Made by a program: the position numbers and the translations under genes | Notes under the pieces: model-generated | Told to the model about the DNA's origin: nothing | What the model saw: only the letters and a program-made list of their open reading frames with translations | The model's database searches: none | Source of the DNA: Candidatus Omnitrophota bacterium | Lineage (GTDB): Bacteria; Omnitrophota; Omnitrophia; Omnitrophales; Aquincolibacteriaceae | Reading direction: 5' to 3' | DNA length: 64,000 nucleotides | Assembly: GCA_016196545.1 (NCBI GenBank) | Contig: JACPXM010000024.1 | Span: 4,553-68,552 of the forward strand | Part shown: positions 20,282 to 28,257 of the stretch, one piece after another | How positions within the stretch are numbered: position 1 is the stretch's first letter | Layout of the letters: every line of letters begins with the position of its first letter

Positions 20282-21718
20282 ATGGAAACACGGCTTACCC
20301 AGCAGCAATCCCAGAAGCTCGTTTTATCGCCTCAAATGAGGCAATACCTCCGTCTGCTTCAACTTCCTGTAGCAAATTTGGAGCAAGCCATCGACGAGGA
20401 AATGAGCCAAAATCCCCTTCTCGAAGAAAAAAGCACGCCGCAAGAAGAACTCCCCCAAGACGGCGAATCTCAAAGCAAGCCTGAAAAAACCGAGGAAGTT
20501 TCTCTGGGAGACTCTTATGATCGAATCGATGAAATTGACAATTATTATGACCCCTCTGAAAATCGTTTTGAAGATCGCTTAGCGGACCCCTCAGACCTTC
20601 AGAAAAAGAAGACGTTTCAAGATTCCCTTCTTACACGACCTCAGGCCTTGTCGGATTTCCTTTTGTGGCAAATTCGATTTCTTGATTTTTCGGAAGATCA
20701 AAAAAAAATCGCTGAGGAAATCATCGGAAATATTAATGAAGACGGCTACCTGTCCATTTCCTGCGAGGAGCTTTCAGAATCCCTTCATAAAACCAAAGAA
20801 AATGTCGAAGGCATCTTAAAGTCCATTCAAACTTTAGAACCTCCCGGCATTGCCGCCCGAAATTTACAAGAGGCTTTGCTCCTTCAATTAAAAAAATTGA
20901 TTTCGCCCTCTCCCCTTGCGGAAAATATGGTCAAAGAGCATCTTTCCCTCCTTGAAAAACAAGCCTATGATCAACTCTCCAAGATTTATGCGGTGGATCT
21001 TGAAACGGTCAAAGAGGCCGTCCATCAGATTTCACGTCTGGATCCAAAGCCAGGCCGAAGTTTTTATTCCGAAGAACCGATTGCCATTAAACCCGATGCG
21101 AGCGTTTTTGAGTCCGATGAGGACGATGCAAAATGGGAAATTGAAATTCATGAGGAATCCTTGCCCAGGCTTCGTGTCAATCCTTATTATCGCCATTTGC
21201 TTCGTAAGAAAGGAACGGATGAAAAGACACGCGCCTTTATTCAAATCAAGCTTCAAAAAGCACAGGAGTTTTTGCAAGCCTTGCTTTTGCGTAAATCCAC
21301 CTTACGAGAAATTACCCAAGAAATCGTGAAACATCAGGATGAATTTCTGCGAAAAGGTTTCGGATATTTAAAACCGCTTCGGCTGAAAGATATTTCGGGA
21401 GCCTTAAGTATTCACGAGTCTACCGTCAGCCGCGCCGTCCAAAATAAATATATTTCAACGCCGCAAGGCACGATCCCGTATAAAAGTTTTTTTTCAAATC
21501 GTTTGGATACGCTGGAAGGCGAAGAAGAAGTTTCGCAAAAAAGTATTACACATCGAATTCGACATATGATCGATTCCGAAAATCCTGCATCCCCCTTAAG
21601 TGATCAGGAGATTGCCGAAAAACTGCTTCAAGAAGGGGTGAAAATAGCCCGGAGGACCGTTGCGAAATACCGCGACATCCTTAAAATCCTTCCCTCCCAT
21701 TTGAGGAAGCACAAATAA
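20282..21718 (+). CDS. rpoN: RNA polymerase sigma-54 factor
   Basis: Gln/Leu-rich region I (LTQQQSQKLVLSPQMRQYLRLLQLP), an acidic region II, a HTH and the RpoN box ARRTVAKYR near the C-terminus. The ORF track starts at a TTG at 20276. The ATG at 20282 gives the typical N-terminus. Confidence 0.9.
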   Translation: METRLTQQQSQKLVLSPQMRQYLRLLQLPVANLEQAIDEEMSQNPLLEEKSTPQEELPQDGESQSKPEKTEEVSLGDSYDRIDEIDNYYDPSENRFEDRLADPSDLQKKKTFQDSLLTRPQALSDFLLWQIRFLDFSEDQKKIAEEIIGNINEDGYLSISCEELSESLHKTKENVEGILKSIQTLEPPGIAARNLQEALLLQLKKLISPSPLAENMVKEHLSLLEKQAYDQLSKIYAVDLETVKEAVHQISRLDPKPGRSFYSEEPIAIKPDASVFESDEDDAKWEIEIHEESLPRLRVNPYYRHLLRKKGTDEKTRAFIQIKLQKAQEFLQALLLRKSTLREITQEIVKHQDEFLRKGFGYLKPLRLKDISGALSIHESTVSRAVQNKYISTPQGTIPYKSFFSNRLDTLEGEEEVSQKSITHRIRHMIDSENPASPLSDQEIAEKLLQEGVKIARRTVAKYRDILKILPSHLRKHK

Positions 21719-21728
21719 TGTACGTATT

Positions 21729-21773
21729 GGCACACCGTTTACACTTTATACCGGAGACATAGGTTACACTTTT
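21729..21773. repeat. Left terminal inverted repeat of the IS
   Basis: ggcacaccgtttacactttataccggagacataggttacactttt. It pairs with the reverse complement of 22998-23042. Confidence 0.75.
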
Positions 21774-21784
21774 TTGCTTCATGA

Positions 21785-22969
21785 TTACAGCGCCTTTTCT
21801 AACATAAGCCCAAAAGGATCTTCTCGAGGTGCAAACTTTCCGCTCTCTTCATCGAAATATCCGAGGTCGTAGTCTTTAAAAGAAACCTCCCAAATCCCGT
21901 CATCCACTAACCGAATCCCGATGGGTTGATTTGCCAAAGGCCGGCCAATGTGAATTTTTAAGTTGTGGAGGCAAATCCTGCCGCAATGGCTCACCAAAAT
22001 CGTCTTGTCATAACCCGGGTAGGTAATATCGGGAAGTCCGATATAGTGTCTTTGTGATTTTTGATATAAATCTCCCGGACATTTCATCTCTAATGCTTGG
22101 TGAGGTCTTTCAAAATTGTATTCGTGCATGAATTGGTAAAACTTTTCCTGCTGTTGCAGAAAATTTGTTCCGGGAGGTTGCGTGGCCTCCCGTTTCAACG
22201 TTCGGTGCATTCTCTCATGCCGGCCGTTTTGCTGTGGACACCCTGGCTTGATTCTCTCAAGTTTAATCCCTAAGCGAATCCACCATACCGACAGCCGCGT
22301 TAGACCCCAAGCAGCGTTGCCGCAGGCAAAAGGAATTCCGTGGTCACTTCGAATGGCTCCAGGAAGTCCGTATTCCTTGAAGGTTTCCTCGAAAACTCTG
22401 AAAGCTGTCGCTTCTTGGGTGCTTGAAAGGGCCTCGCAATTAATAAGAAAGCGCGTGGCAAAATCGGAGATTGTAAGCGGATAACAATAAATACTACTCC
22501 CTAATTTAAATTCCCCCTTAAAGTCAACGCACCAAAGATCGTTGGCTTCTTCGGGATTTGAAAGATAGGTTGCGGTGGCTCGGTAAGGACTGCTCCTGCG
22601 CTTTCTTTTGACAAGATCATGTCTGTCCAACACCGCGTGCACCGTGCTGATGGCAGGTAGTTTGACTCCCGTATGGCGCTTAGCAATTAATTCACGGATC
22701 TTCGGAGCGCCCCAGTGAGGTCTTTCTTTTTTCGAACGGACGATAAACTGCTCGATCTCAAAGGGAATTTGGTTGGGATGTTTATGTGGAGCTCGAGACT
22801 GATCAAAAAGGGCCACCGAACCAAGCTTCTGATAACGTAACCAGATCTTATATCCGGTGACCCTTGAAATTCCAAATTCCCGGCACAAGGGCGCCATTTT
22901 TTCACCCGACAAAAGACGCCCAATAAATTTCATTCGCTCATCCATAACACATATTTCCTTCCACGGCAT
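21785..22969 (-). CDS. IS481-type DDE transposase (HTH plus integrase-core/rve domain)
   Basis: 394 aa with an N-terminal HTH (MAPLCREFGISRVTGYKIWLRY). Catalytic-core landmarks are WCVDFKG, IRSDHGIPF and PQQNGRHERMHRTLKRE, a DDE arrangement as in IS481/IS3-superfamily integrase cores. Confidence 0.85.
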   Translation of the reverse strand: MPWKEICVMDERMKFIGRLLSGEKMAPLCREFGISRVTGYKIWLRYQKLGSVALFDQSRAPHKHPNQIPFEIEQFIVRSKKERPHWGAPKIRELIAKRHTGVKLPAISTVHAVLDRHDLVKRKRRSSPYRATATYLSNPEEANDLWCVDFKGEFKLGSSIYCYPLTISDFATRFLINCEALSSTQEATAFRVFEETFKEYGLPGAIRSDHGIPFACGNAAWGLTRLSVWWIRLGIKLERIKPGCPQQNGRHERMHRTLKREATQPPGTNFLQQQEKFYQFMHEYNFERPHQALEMKCPGDLYQKSQRHYIGLPDITYPGYDKTILVSHCGRICLHNLKIHIGRPLANQPIGIRLVDDGIWEVSFKDYDLGYFDEESGKFAPREDPFGLMLEKAL

Positions 22970-22997
22970 ATCCGCCTCCTTTAAAAACGATATGCCG

Positions 22998-23042
22998 TAA
23001 AGTGTAAACTATGTGCTCAGAATGAACTGTAAACCATGTGCC
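22998..23042. repeat. Right terminal inverted repeat of the IS
   Basis: taaagtgtaaactatgtgctcagaatgaactgtaaaccatgtgcc. Its reverse complement aligns with 21729-21773. Confidence 0.75.
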
Positions 23043-23060
23043 CGGAATATACCTAAGTAA

Positions 23061-23132
23061 GCTGGCGCTCGGACTTGAACCGAGGACCTGCTGTTTACGA
23101 AACAGCTGCTCTACCAGCTGAGCTACGCCAGC
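23061..23132 (-). tRNA. tRNA-Thr (anticodon CGU)
   Basis: Hand-folded cloverleaf: acceptor GCTGGCG/CGCCAGC, D arm GCTC-AGCTGGTA-GAGC, anticodon stem GCTGT/ACAGC with loop TTCGTAA, T arm CTCGG-TTCAAGT-CCGAG. CCA is not encoded. Confidence 0.9.
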
Positions 23133-23297
23133 AAACTTTAGATTGCCTGCTAAAGCTTCATTGCGGCAACGCTAATTTAATAAGCCCACTTATAAGAACC
23201 GCAGTCCCGCGCAACGGCGCGGGGTTACGCCAGCAAATTTGGTACGTCTAGAAACTCTTCCCCAGCAAGGAAAATTCATATATTACGGGATCTTTCG

Positions 23298-23822
23298 CTA
23301 GGAAGCAACGCTCCAAAATCCCAAAATCGTTTTCGCGTCAATGATTTTACCCTTGCGAATCATGCGGAAAACCTCGGTGAGACTAAATTCGGCAACCTCA
23401 ATATCCTCGTCTTCATCGGGCTTGCCCACTGCAGGGGATAATTTCTCTGCCTTAAATAAATACATAATTTCACCGGATATTCCAGGAGTCGGATAAAACT
23501 TCATGACGGGAGTCAGTTTTCCGGGTCTCATGCCGATTTCCTCAATGAGCTCCCGCGTAGCAGCCTTTTGAATGCTTTCGCCCGGTTCAATCCCCCCTGC
23601 GGGAAATTCCCATATCCAGGATTTTGCTGCAAAACGAAACTGACGAATTAAGAGGACCCTTCCCTTCCGCGGAATCGGAATAATCACCACCGCACCGGGA
23701 TGTTCCAAGATTTGACGCGAAAGAACATTACCTCCTGGCATCTTAATTTCGCAATCGACCAAATGAATAGGGCCTTTCGAGAATATCACTTTTCGTTTGA
23801 GGATCTTAAATTTTTCAGGCAT
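23298..23822 (-). CDS. Nudix hydrolase (ADP-ribose pyrophosphatase-like)
   Basis: Nudix box GGIEPGESIQKAATRELIEEIG. Confidence 0.8.
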   Translation of the reverse strand: MPEKFKILKRKVIFSKGPIHLVDCEIKMPGGNVLSRQILEHPGAVVIIPIPRKGRVLLIRQFRFAAKSWIWEFPAGGIEPGESIQKAATRELIEEIGMRPGKLTPVMKFYPTPGISGEIMYLFKAEKLSPAVGKPDEDEDIEVAEFSLTEVFRMIRKGKIIDAKTILGFWSVAS

Positions 23823-23828
23823 AAACGC

Positions 23829-24623
23829 TCATTGGAAGAACACCGAGACTTTTTGAGTCTCCTTTAAAGCGCCCCTTTCTTTGGCAGAACCATTCGGAAA
23901 AGCAATCTCAAGCTGACCGGCGCTGCTCCAGAGGGCCTTGAGTCCCGCCTTACCCTTCCCATAAGTTTCGCAGAGGGGGCCAATATTTTTATGGTTGACG
24001 TAAACTTTTCCTTTTTTCCAAAACGATTCCGGGGCATCGCTCCGACGGATATTCGTGATCGCATTTCCGAAATGATCAAAATAAATAATTTCGCCGCGAA
24101 TCGTCTTCGCCTCCTTGGTAAGTGCAGGGGAATGAACGCGGCGAAAGCTTTTCAGCGTTCTTCCCAATCGATTAAAAATTTTTTCCGAGTCGCGATTTGC
24201 TAAATGAGCTCCCACCGCAGAAAATATATCGCGCCCATGAAACGTTGAAGAAGGGGAGGACGTTAAAAAAAATCTTATATTCTCAATATGCCGAAGGGAT
24301 AAAATCTTCTCATGCTGCAACGCCAGGCTCAGCAAACCGTTGTCCGGAGCTACAAAGTAATAGCGGGATGTTTTCACCGCAATGGCCTTGCGTGAGGTCC
24401 CAACCCCGGGATCGACGACGCAAACAAAAATGGATTTTTGAGGAAAATACGAATAACTGATTTCAAGGAGGCAAGCGGCTTGAAGAATATTCTGAGGGGC
24501 AATTTCATGACTTAGATCAATCACGGGTGTCCCAGGGGCAAGGCTTTCAATGACGCCTTTCAAAACACCCACATAATGGTCTTTAAGTCCGAAATCCGTT
24601 AAAAGAACAATGGGCCGTCTCAT
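23829..24623 (-). CDS. SAM hydroxide adenosyltransferase family protein (DUF62, chlorinase/fluorinase-like)
   Basis: N-terminus IVLLTDFGLKDHYVGVLKGVI, plus VVDPGVGT and APDNGLLS motifs, is typical of the DUF62 SAM-cleaving family. Confidence 0.7.
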   Translation of the reverse strand: MRRPIVLLTDFGLKDHYVGVLKGVIESLAPGTPVIDLSHEIAPQNILQAACLLEISYSYFPQKSIFVCVVDPGVGTSRKAIAVKTSRYYFVAPDNGLLSLALQHEKILSLRHIENIRFFLTSSPSSTFHGRDIFSAVGAHLANRDSEKIFNRLGRTLKSFRRVHSPALTKEAKTIRGEIIYFDHFGNAITNIRRSDAPESFWKKGKVYVNHKNIGPLCETYGKGKAGLKALWSSAGQLEIAFPNGSAKERGALKETQKVSVFFQ

Positions 24624-25405
24624 GCATTCGAAATTTCTGATTCAGGACGCCCTTCGGTTTCAAGCCAGCGGTCCGGCCTCTTGATTTTACGTTCATCAGG
24701 ATCAAAAACATGAATACAGTTACGGCCAGCCCGTTTGGACTCAAGTAAGGCGGTATCCGCCCAGCGTATCAAATAATCCTGATCCACCGTTCCCGTAGAG
24801 TATTCGGTAATGACTCCCATGCTGATCGTCACATGAAAGGATTCTGTCGGAGAAAATTTGACAAGAAGATCGGGATTCACTTCAATACTTTTTCTAATTT
24901 TTTCGGCAAGACGAACGGCCCTCGGCAAATCAAGCCCCGGCAAAATGACGCAAAATTCGTCCCCCCCATATCGAAATATCGGAGATTTATCATCTAAATG
25001 TTCCTGCACCACCTCGGCCACTTTTTGCAGAATGTGATCCCCCATTTGGTGACCGGCTAAATCATTGATTTCTTTGAATTGATCAAAATCGTACATGATC
25101 AGCGAAAATACGTCCTTCGCCTTTTGGTCCTTATGCACTTCTTTGGAGAGCCATTGCATTAAATAAGTCCGGTTATAGACGCCGGTCAAAGGATCCACGA
25201 TGGCAAGGTGCTCCATCCTTTGATAGGAACGCTTCAACCTTTTTTGATAATCCTCTAAAATCGTATTCACGGACTCCATTCTTTTTTTGAGCAAAAATTC
25301 TTGCAATCGATATTTTTCGTTGAGATGCGCCCCCACGGTCACAATGAGAAAAAAAAGCATCAAATAAACATTACTTTTTAAGAAGGTGCTATTGGTGACC
25401 GGCAT
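24620..25405 (-). CDS. Diguanylate cyclase (GGDEF) with a single N-terminal TM helix
   Basis: DPLTGVYNRTY, YDFDQFKEIND and RYGGDEF motifs. Its ATG overlaps the TAA of the upstream 4-5-TM ORF (TAATG). Confidence 0.85.
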   Translation of the reverse strand: MPVTNSTFLKSNVYLMLFFLIVTVGAHLNEKYRLQEFLLKKRMESVNTILEDYQKRLKRSYQRMEHLAIVDPLTGVYNRTYLMQWLSKEVHKDQKAKDVFSLIMYDFDQFKEINDLAGHQMGDHILQKVAEVVQEHLDDKSPIFRYGGDEFCVILPGLDLPRAVRLAEKIRKSIEVNPDLLVKFSPTESFHVTISMGVITEYSTGTVDQDYLIRWADTALLESKRAGRNCIHVFDPDERKIKRPDRWLETEGRPESEISNA

Positions 25406-25815
25406 TAGAAAATGAGCGCGTAAATCACATATTGATCCCGCGCGGCTTGTCCCCCGAGCAAAATAATGCCCAAATTATAGACGCCGATAAAGCACGCCAG
25501 CACAAAGGCAAACGCATAGATGTCCTTTCGGAATTGATGAACAAAGGTAAGTCCCAAATAAATAAGAAGCGTGACTTCCATCAGAGCCGTCAAGGTCATA
25601 ACCCGCGACGGGTTTTGAAACGAAGAGGAGAAATAATCGATCATCGAAATCAGAGGAAAGAGAATAAGGAAGATGGAAAGGCAAATCCGAAAGCGAGAAA
25701 CCGCGATCTGCTCCATTGAACCTTCAAACTGGGCAACGAGCTGAGAGGAACCGTCAGCGTCTCCTGCGTCCTGGCGCTCAATCATTTTGACAAAATCTTG
25801 CGTATTTTTCTTCAT
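25405..25815 (-). CDS. Small polytopic membrane protein, possibly the detached sensor/anchor module of the downstream GGDEF
   Basis: 136 aa with about 4 TM helices after a roughly 40-aa acidic N-terminus. The stop overlaps the GGDEF start by 1 nt. Confidence 0.5.
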   Translation of the reverse strand: MKKNTQDFVKMIERQDAGDADGSSQLVAQFEGSMEQIAVSRFRICLSIFLILFPLISMIDYFSSSFQNPSRVMTLTALMEVTLLIYLGLTFVHQFRKDIYAFAFVLACFIGVYNLGIILLGGQAARDQYVIYALIF

Positions 25816-25913
25816 AAAGGGGACGGCCTGTTAAACGGCTAAAAACAAGCCAAACTTAACCCATCTCCTGAAAAGGCTCAACTTATGAAAGATTCTGCCG
25901 AATCAAGAATTTG

Positions 25914-26300
25914 ATGAAACTCCTCAAAGGCATTTGCATTCTCTGCTTAACCTTCACAGCCTTATCCGGCTGTGCGACAGGCCGGAACTTAACTTCCAAG
26001 CATTACCTCCCAGAATGGGAAAACAAAATCATTAATGTCCCAAACCCTTCTGAAACCTCCGCCGGATTTTGGGCGGCAAAGACAGCCCAGAAAGTCTCGG
26101 TGGGAATCGGGCGAACCCTTCTGATCCCCTTTGCCGTTCTGGGAAATGTGGCCGTGAATGCCTACTTAATTCCCACATGGCCCTTTCGCTGGGCCCTTCG
26201 CGGCGACAAGCGGCTGATGGTTTGGTATCCGCTTTTCCATGTCGGCGAGGAAGTGGATTCCGATTATTTTTCCAAAGAATGGAACCGGGACTTAACCTGA
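25914..26300 (+). CDS. Lipoprotein, function unknown
   Basis: Signal peptide with lipobox LTFTALSG-C. The ATG at 25914 lies one codon inside the TTG start at 25911 in the ORF track. The gene is convergent with, and overlaps by 9 nt, the end of the 277-aa gene. Confidence 0.6.
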   Translation: MKLLKGICILCLTFTALSGCATGRNLTSKHYLPEWENKIINVPNPSETSAGFWAAKTAQKVSVGIGRTLLIPFAVLGNVAVNAYLIPTWPFRWALRGDKRLMVWYPLFHVGEEVDSDYFSKEWNRDLT

Positions 26301-27125
26301 TTTCTGTTCCGAATCCTTAAACGCCTTCACCAAATCGGTTTTATTCATCTCGCGTTCCGAGAGCGCCGTCTCATCCGTGCCTTTGATTTTCAGTCGATCA
26401 AGCAGGACATCTTTTTCCCCGGTGCTCCTGTCGGGGGCACATTGATCGCAGCAGGAAATCGGCCAGTCATATTCCACGGAATGCCTGATTTCCCGCCATT
26501 GCGTTTGAAATTCGGGGAACGTATACGTCGCAAAATAAATAAGTTTTTCATAAAAGCGCTCTGAAAAAGACCCATGGTCGGAGGGCGTATCCTTCAGGCT
26601 TTGAAGCACTTGTGTATGAAAGGTATGGCTATGCTCGTCATACTGGGATAAAACCTTCTCCATCTCGGATAATTTTTTTTCAAAATCCTCCCGGAAACGG
26701 AAGGAACAGTCCTGAAACCTCTGGAAAGGGCATGCCTTTGAGATTTCCTGGGCAAACGATTTCAGAGAAATCCACGCGGCATTCAGCGCGTGGCGCTTTA
26801 TCGATATCTCGCTGACGATAAAATCCGCATCATGAAGCAGGCGCTCATAAAGCAATTGCCCTTCGGCCTGCTCCCCGGCGGAATATTTGTCCCTTCGTTT
26901 CAAATCCGATTTCCATAAATCATGGTAAAGCAAATTCCGGTGCTTCCATTCCAGCCAAAACCGATCCCGAAAGCTTTCTTCCATGACCTTGAGGTCACCC
27001 AGCATCTGAATTTGAACGCGCTGCATCCGGTCCGAACAACTTGAGGAAGGTTCCCCTCCATCCATTGAAGAAGTTCCGAGGAGTAAGAAAATAACCACCG
27101 CAACGAGGCGATCAAACACTTTCAA
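26292..27125 (-). CDS. Secreted six-Cys helical protein, paralog 2 (unknown family)
   Basis: 277 aa with a signal peptide. It shares with the upstream gene an N-terminal Cys, the blocks RFWLEWKHRNLLYHDLW / KYRWTEVKLRRLYYERLW, ACPFQRFQDC / ACPEKDFKKC, and CCDQCA / CCYECA. Confidence 0.6.
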   Translation of the reverse strand: MKVFDRLVAVVIFLLLGTSSMDGGEPSSSCSDRMQRVQIQMLGDLKVMEESFRDRFWLEWKHRNLLYHDLWKSDLKRRDKYSAGEQAEGQLLYERLLHDADFIVSEISIKRHALNAAWISLKSFAQEISKACPFQRFQDCSFRFREDFEKKLSEMEKVLSQYDEHSHTFHTQVLQSLKDTPSDHGSFSERFYEKLIYFATYTFPEFQTQWREIRHSVEYDWPISCCDQCAPDRSTGEKDVLLDRLKIKGTDETALSEREMNKTDLVKAFKDSEQKSG

Positions 27126-27882
27126 GTGCCTTATCCTTTATTTGTACGGCGCACTCGTAACAACAATCATCGCCTTGAAATTTCCAGGTCAATATTTTTT
27201 GGATTTCATGAAGGAAATTTATGATGCGCGCATCTTCTTCAAAGCGCCTGGCTTGATGGTCTTTTTCGAATCTCCAGTAAAGGGCATCGTGGTCCGCAGG
27301 ATGCTCCAGCGTATCTTCCAGATAAAGACCCTTTTTATCTCCGGCCGTTTTCATCATCGCAGAACGGTACTCCCTTTCGTGTTCAAAGATCGAATCAAGA
27401 GAAGGCTTGATCTCGTCGGCAAGCTCATAGGCAGGCTTAAAGGCCTTTTGAAAGCATTTCTTAAAATCTTTTTCCGGGCAGGCATTGGAGACATCATAGT
27501 CGCGGGATTGAAAGTCCCGAAGCGCACGAAGCATTTCAGCGGCCGCCGATTGGGAGTCGTTTTCAGCGCTTTCAATCGTTTGAAGGATGCGGGCCTCCTC
27601 ATCCCTCCCCCGGGTCCGGACTTCTTGATCCGCAGGATCCGTGGCGTCCTGCCGGGCCTGCCAGAGCCGTTCATAATAAAGTCGGCGAAGCTTTACTTCC
27701 GTCCAGCGGTATTTTATATAATTTTGTTCGACTCGGTCTAAATCCTTCAAAATTATTTTTTTGTGTTGATCATATTGAATCTTACAGGCGGAGAAAGGAT
27801 CGGCTTCTTGGGCATGAAGAACGCCGCCGAGCGATAACCCAAAAGACACCATAACAATTGCGGCCAATAGATGCTGAATCAT
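27112..27882 (-). CDS. Secreted six-Cys helical protein, paralog 1 (unknown family)
   Basis: 256 aa with signal peptide MIQHLLAAIVMVSFGLSLGGVLHAQEA. The Cys pattern is conserved with the 277-aa neighbour. The two genes overlap by 14 nt. Confidence 0.6.
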   Translation of the reverse strand: MIQHLLAAIVMVSFGLSLGGVLHAQEADPFSACKIQYDQHKKIILKDLDRVEQNYIKYRWTEVKLRRLYYERLWQARQDATDPADQEVRTRGRDEEARILQTIESAENDSQSAAAEMLRALRDFQSRDYDVSNACPEKDFKKCFQKAFKPAYELADEIKPSLDSIFEHEREYRSAMMKTAGDKKGLYLEDTLEHPADHDALYWRFEKDHQARRFEEDARIINFLHEIQKILTWKFQGDDCCYECAVQIKDKALESV

Positions 27883-27900
27883 GTGGCTGGCAACGGCGCG

Positions 27901-28167
27901 TTAAGCAGCTTTGGGAAGTGGTATGGACACTGAAACTCTTTGACCTTGGATCAGGAATTCACGTCTTGCCATAAGCGCCCGTGCGTAGTGAGAATTCATC
28001 CCCCCCATATGTTTTTGAACACTCTCAAGGGCCTCTTCCACCTGCTTTAAGCTCATTTGAGTGATTTTTAAATGGTGGGGCTTATCGGCTACAGGCTTTG
28101 GGGCCGCCGCCTCTGGCTTGGGGGCCTTCGGGGCCGGTTTTCCTTCCGCCTCTTTAGATTCTGCCAT
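27901..28167 (-). CDS. Small Ala/Pro/Lys-rich protein, unknown function
   Basis: 88-aa ORF with a low-complexity N-terminus (KPAPKAPKPEAAAPKPVADKP) and a helical C-terminal half. It lies between the 1317-aa gene and the paralog pair on the same strand. Confidence 0.45.
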   Translation of the reverse strand: MAESKEAEGKPAPKAPKPEAAAPKPVADKPHHLKITQMSLKQVEEALESVQKHMGGMNSHYARALMARREFLIQGQRVSVSIPLPKAA

Positions 28168-28257
28168 GCGTCCTCCTATTCTTAGCTGACGTTTGGCTTT
28201 ACCCTAAACTATCGTCGATGTTTTGGAAAATTTCAAGGGTCAATTCAAAGAAAAGTA

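Larger units (their letters stand above)
21729..23042 (-). mobile_element. IS481-family-like insertion sequence (about 1.3 kb, single transposase ORF, about 45-bp imperfect terminal IRs)
   Basis: The terminal inverted repeats at 21729-21773 and 22998-23042 (reverse complement) both start GGCACA..GTTTACA and end ACATAG.TTACACTTT, with about 35 of 45 positions identical by hand alignment. They enclose one DDE/rve transposase ORF. I could not identify a target-site duplication. Confidence 0.8.

Noticed and set aside
21727-21745. Sigma-54-like -24 element TTGGCAC in the left end of the IS, right after rpoN
   Set aside because: The -12 position reads TTACA rather than TTGC(A/T), and the motif is simply the IS terminal repeat, since the right IR has the same GGCACA. 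No enhancer-binding protein or downstream + strand gene is present.
23206-23223. Perfect 7-bp GC hairpin considered as an intrinsic terminator
   Set aside because: There is no U-tract on either strand after the stem, so it is not a canonical Rho-independent terminator. I kept it only as part of the tRNA-Thr upstream repeat observation.
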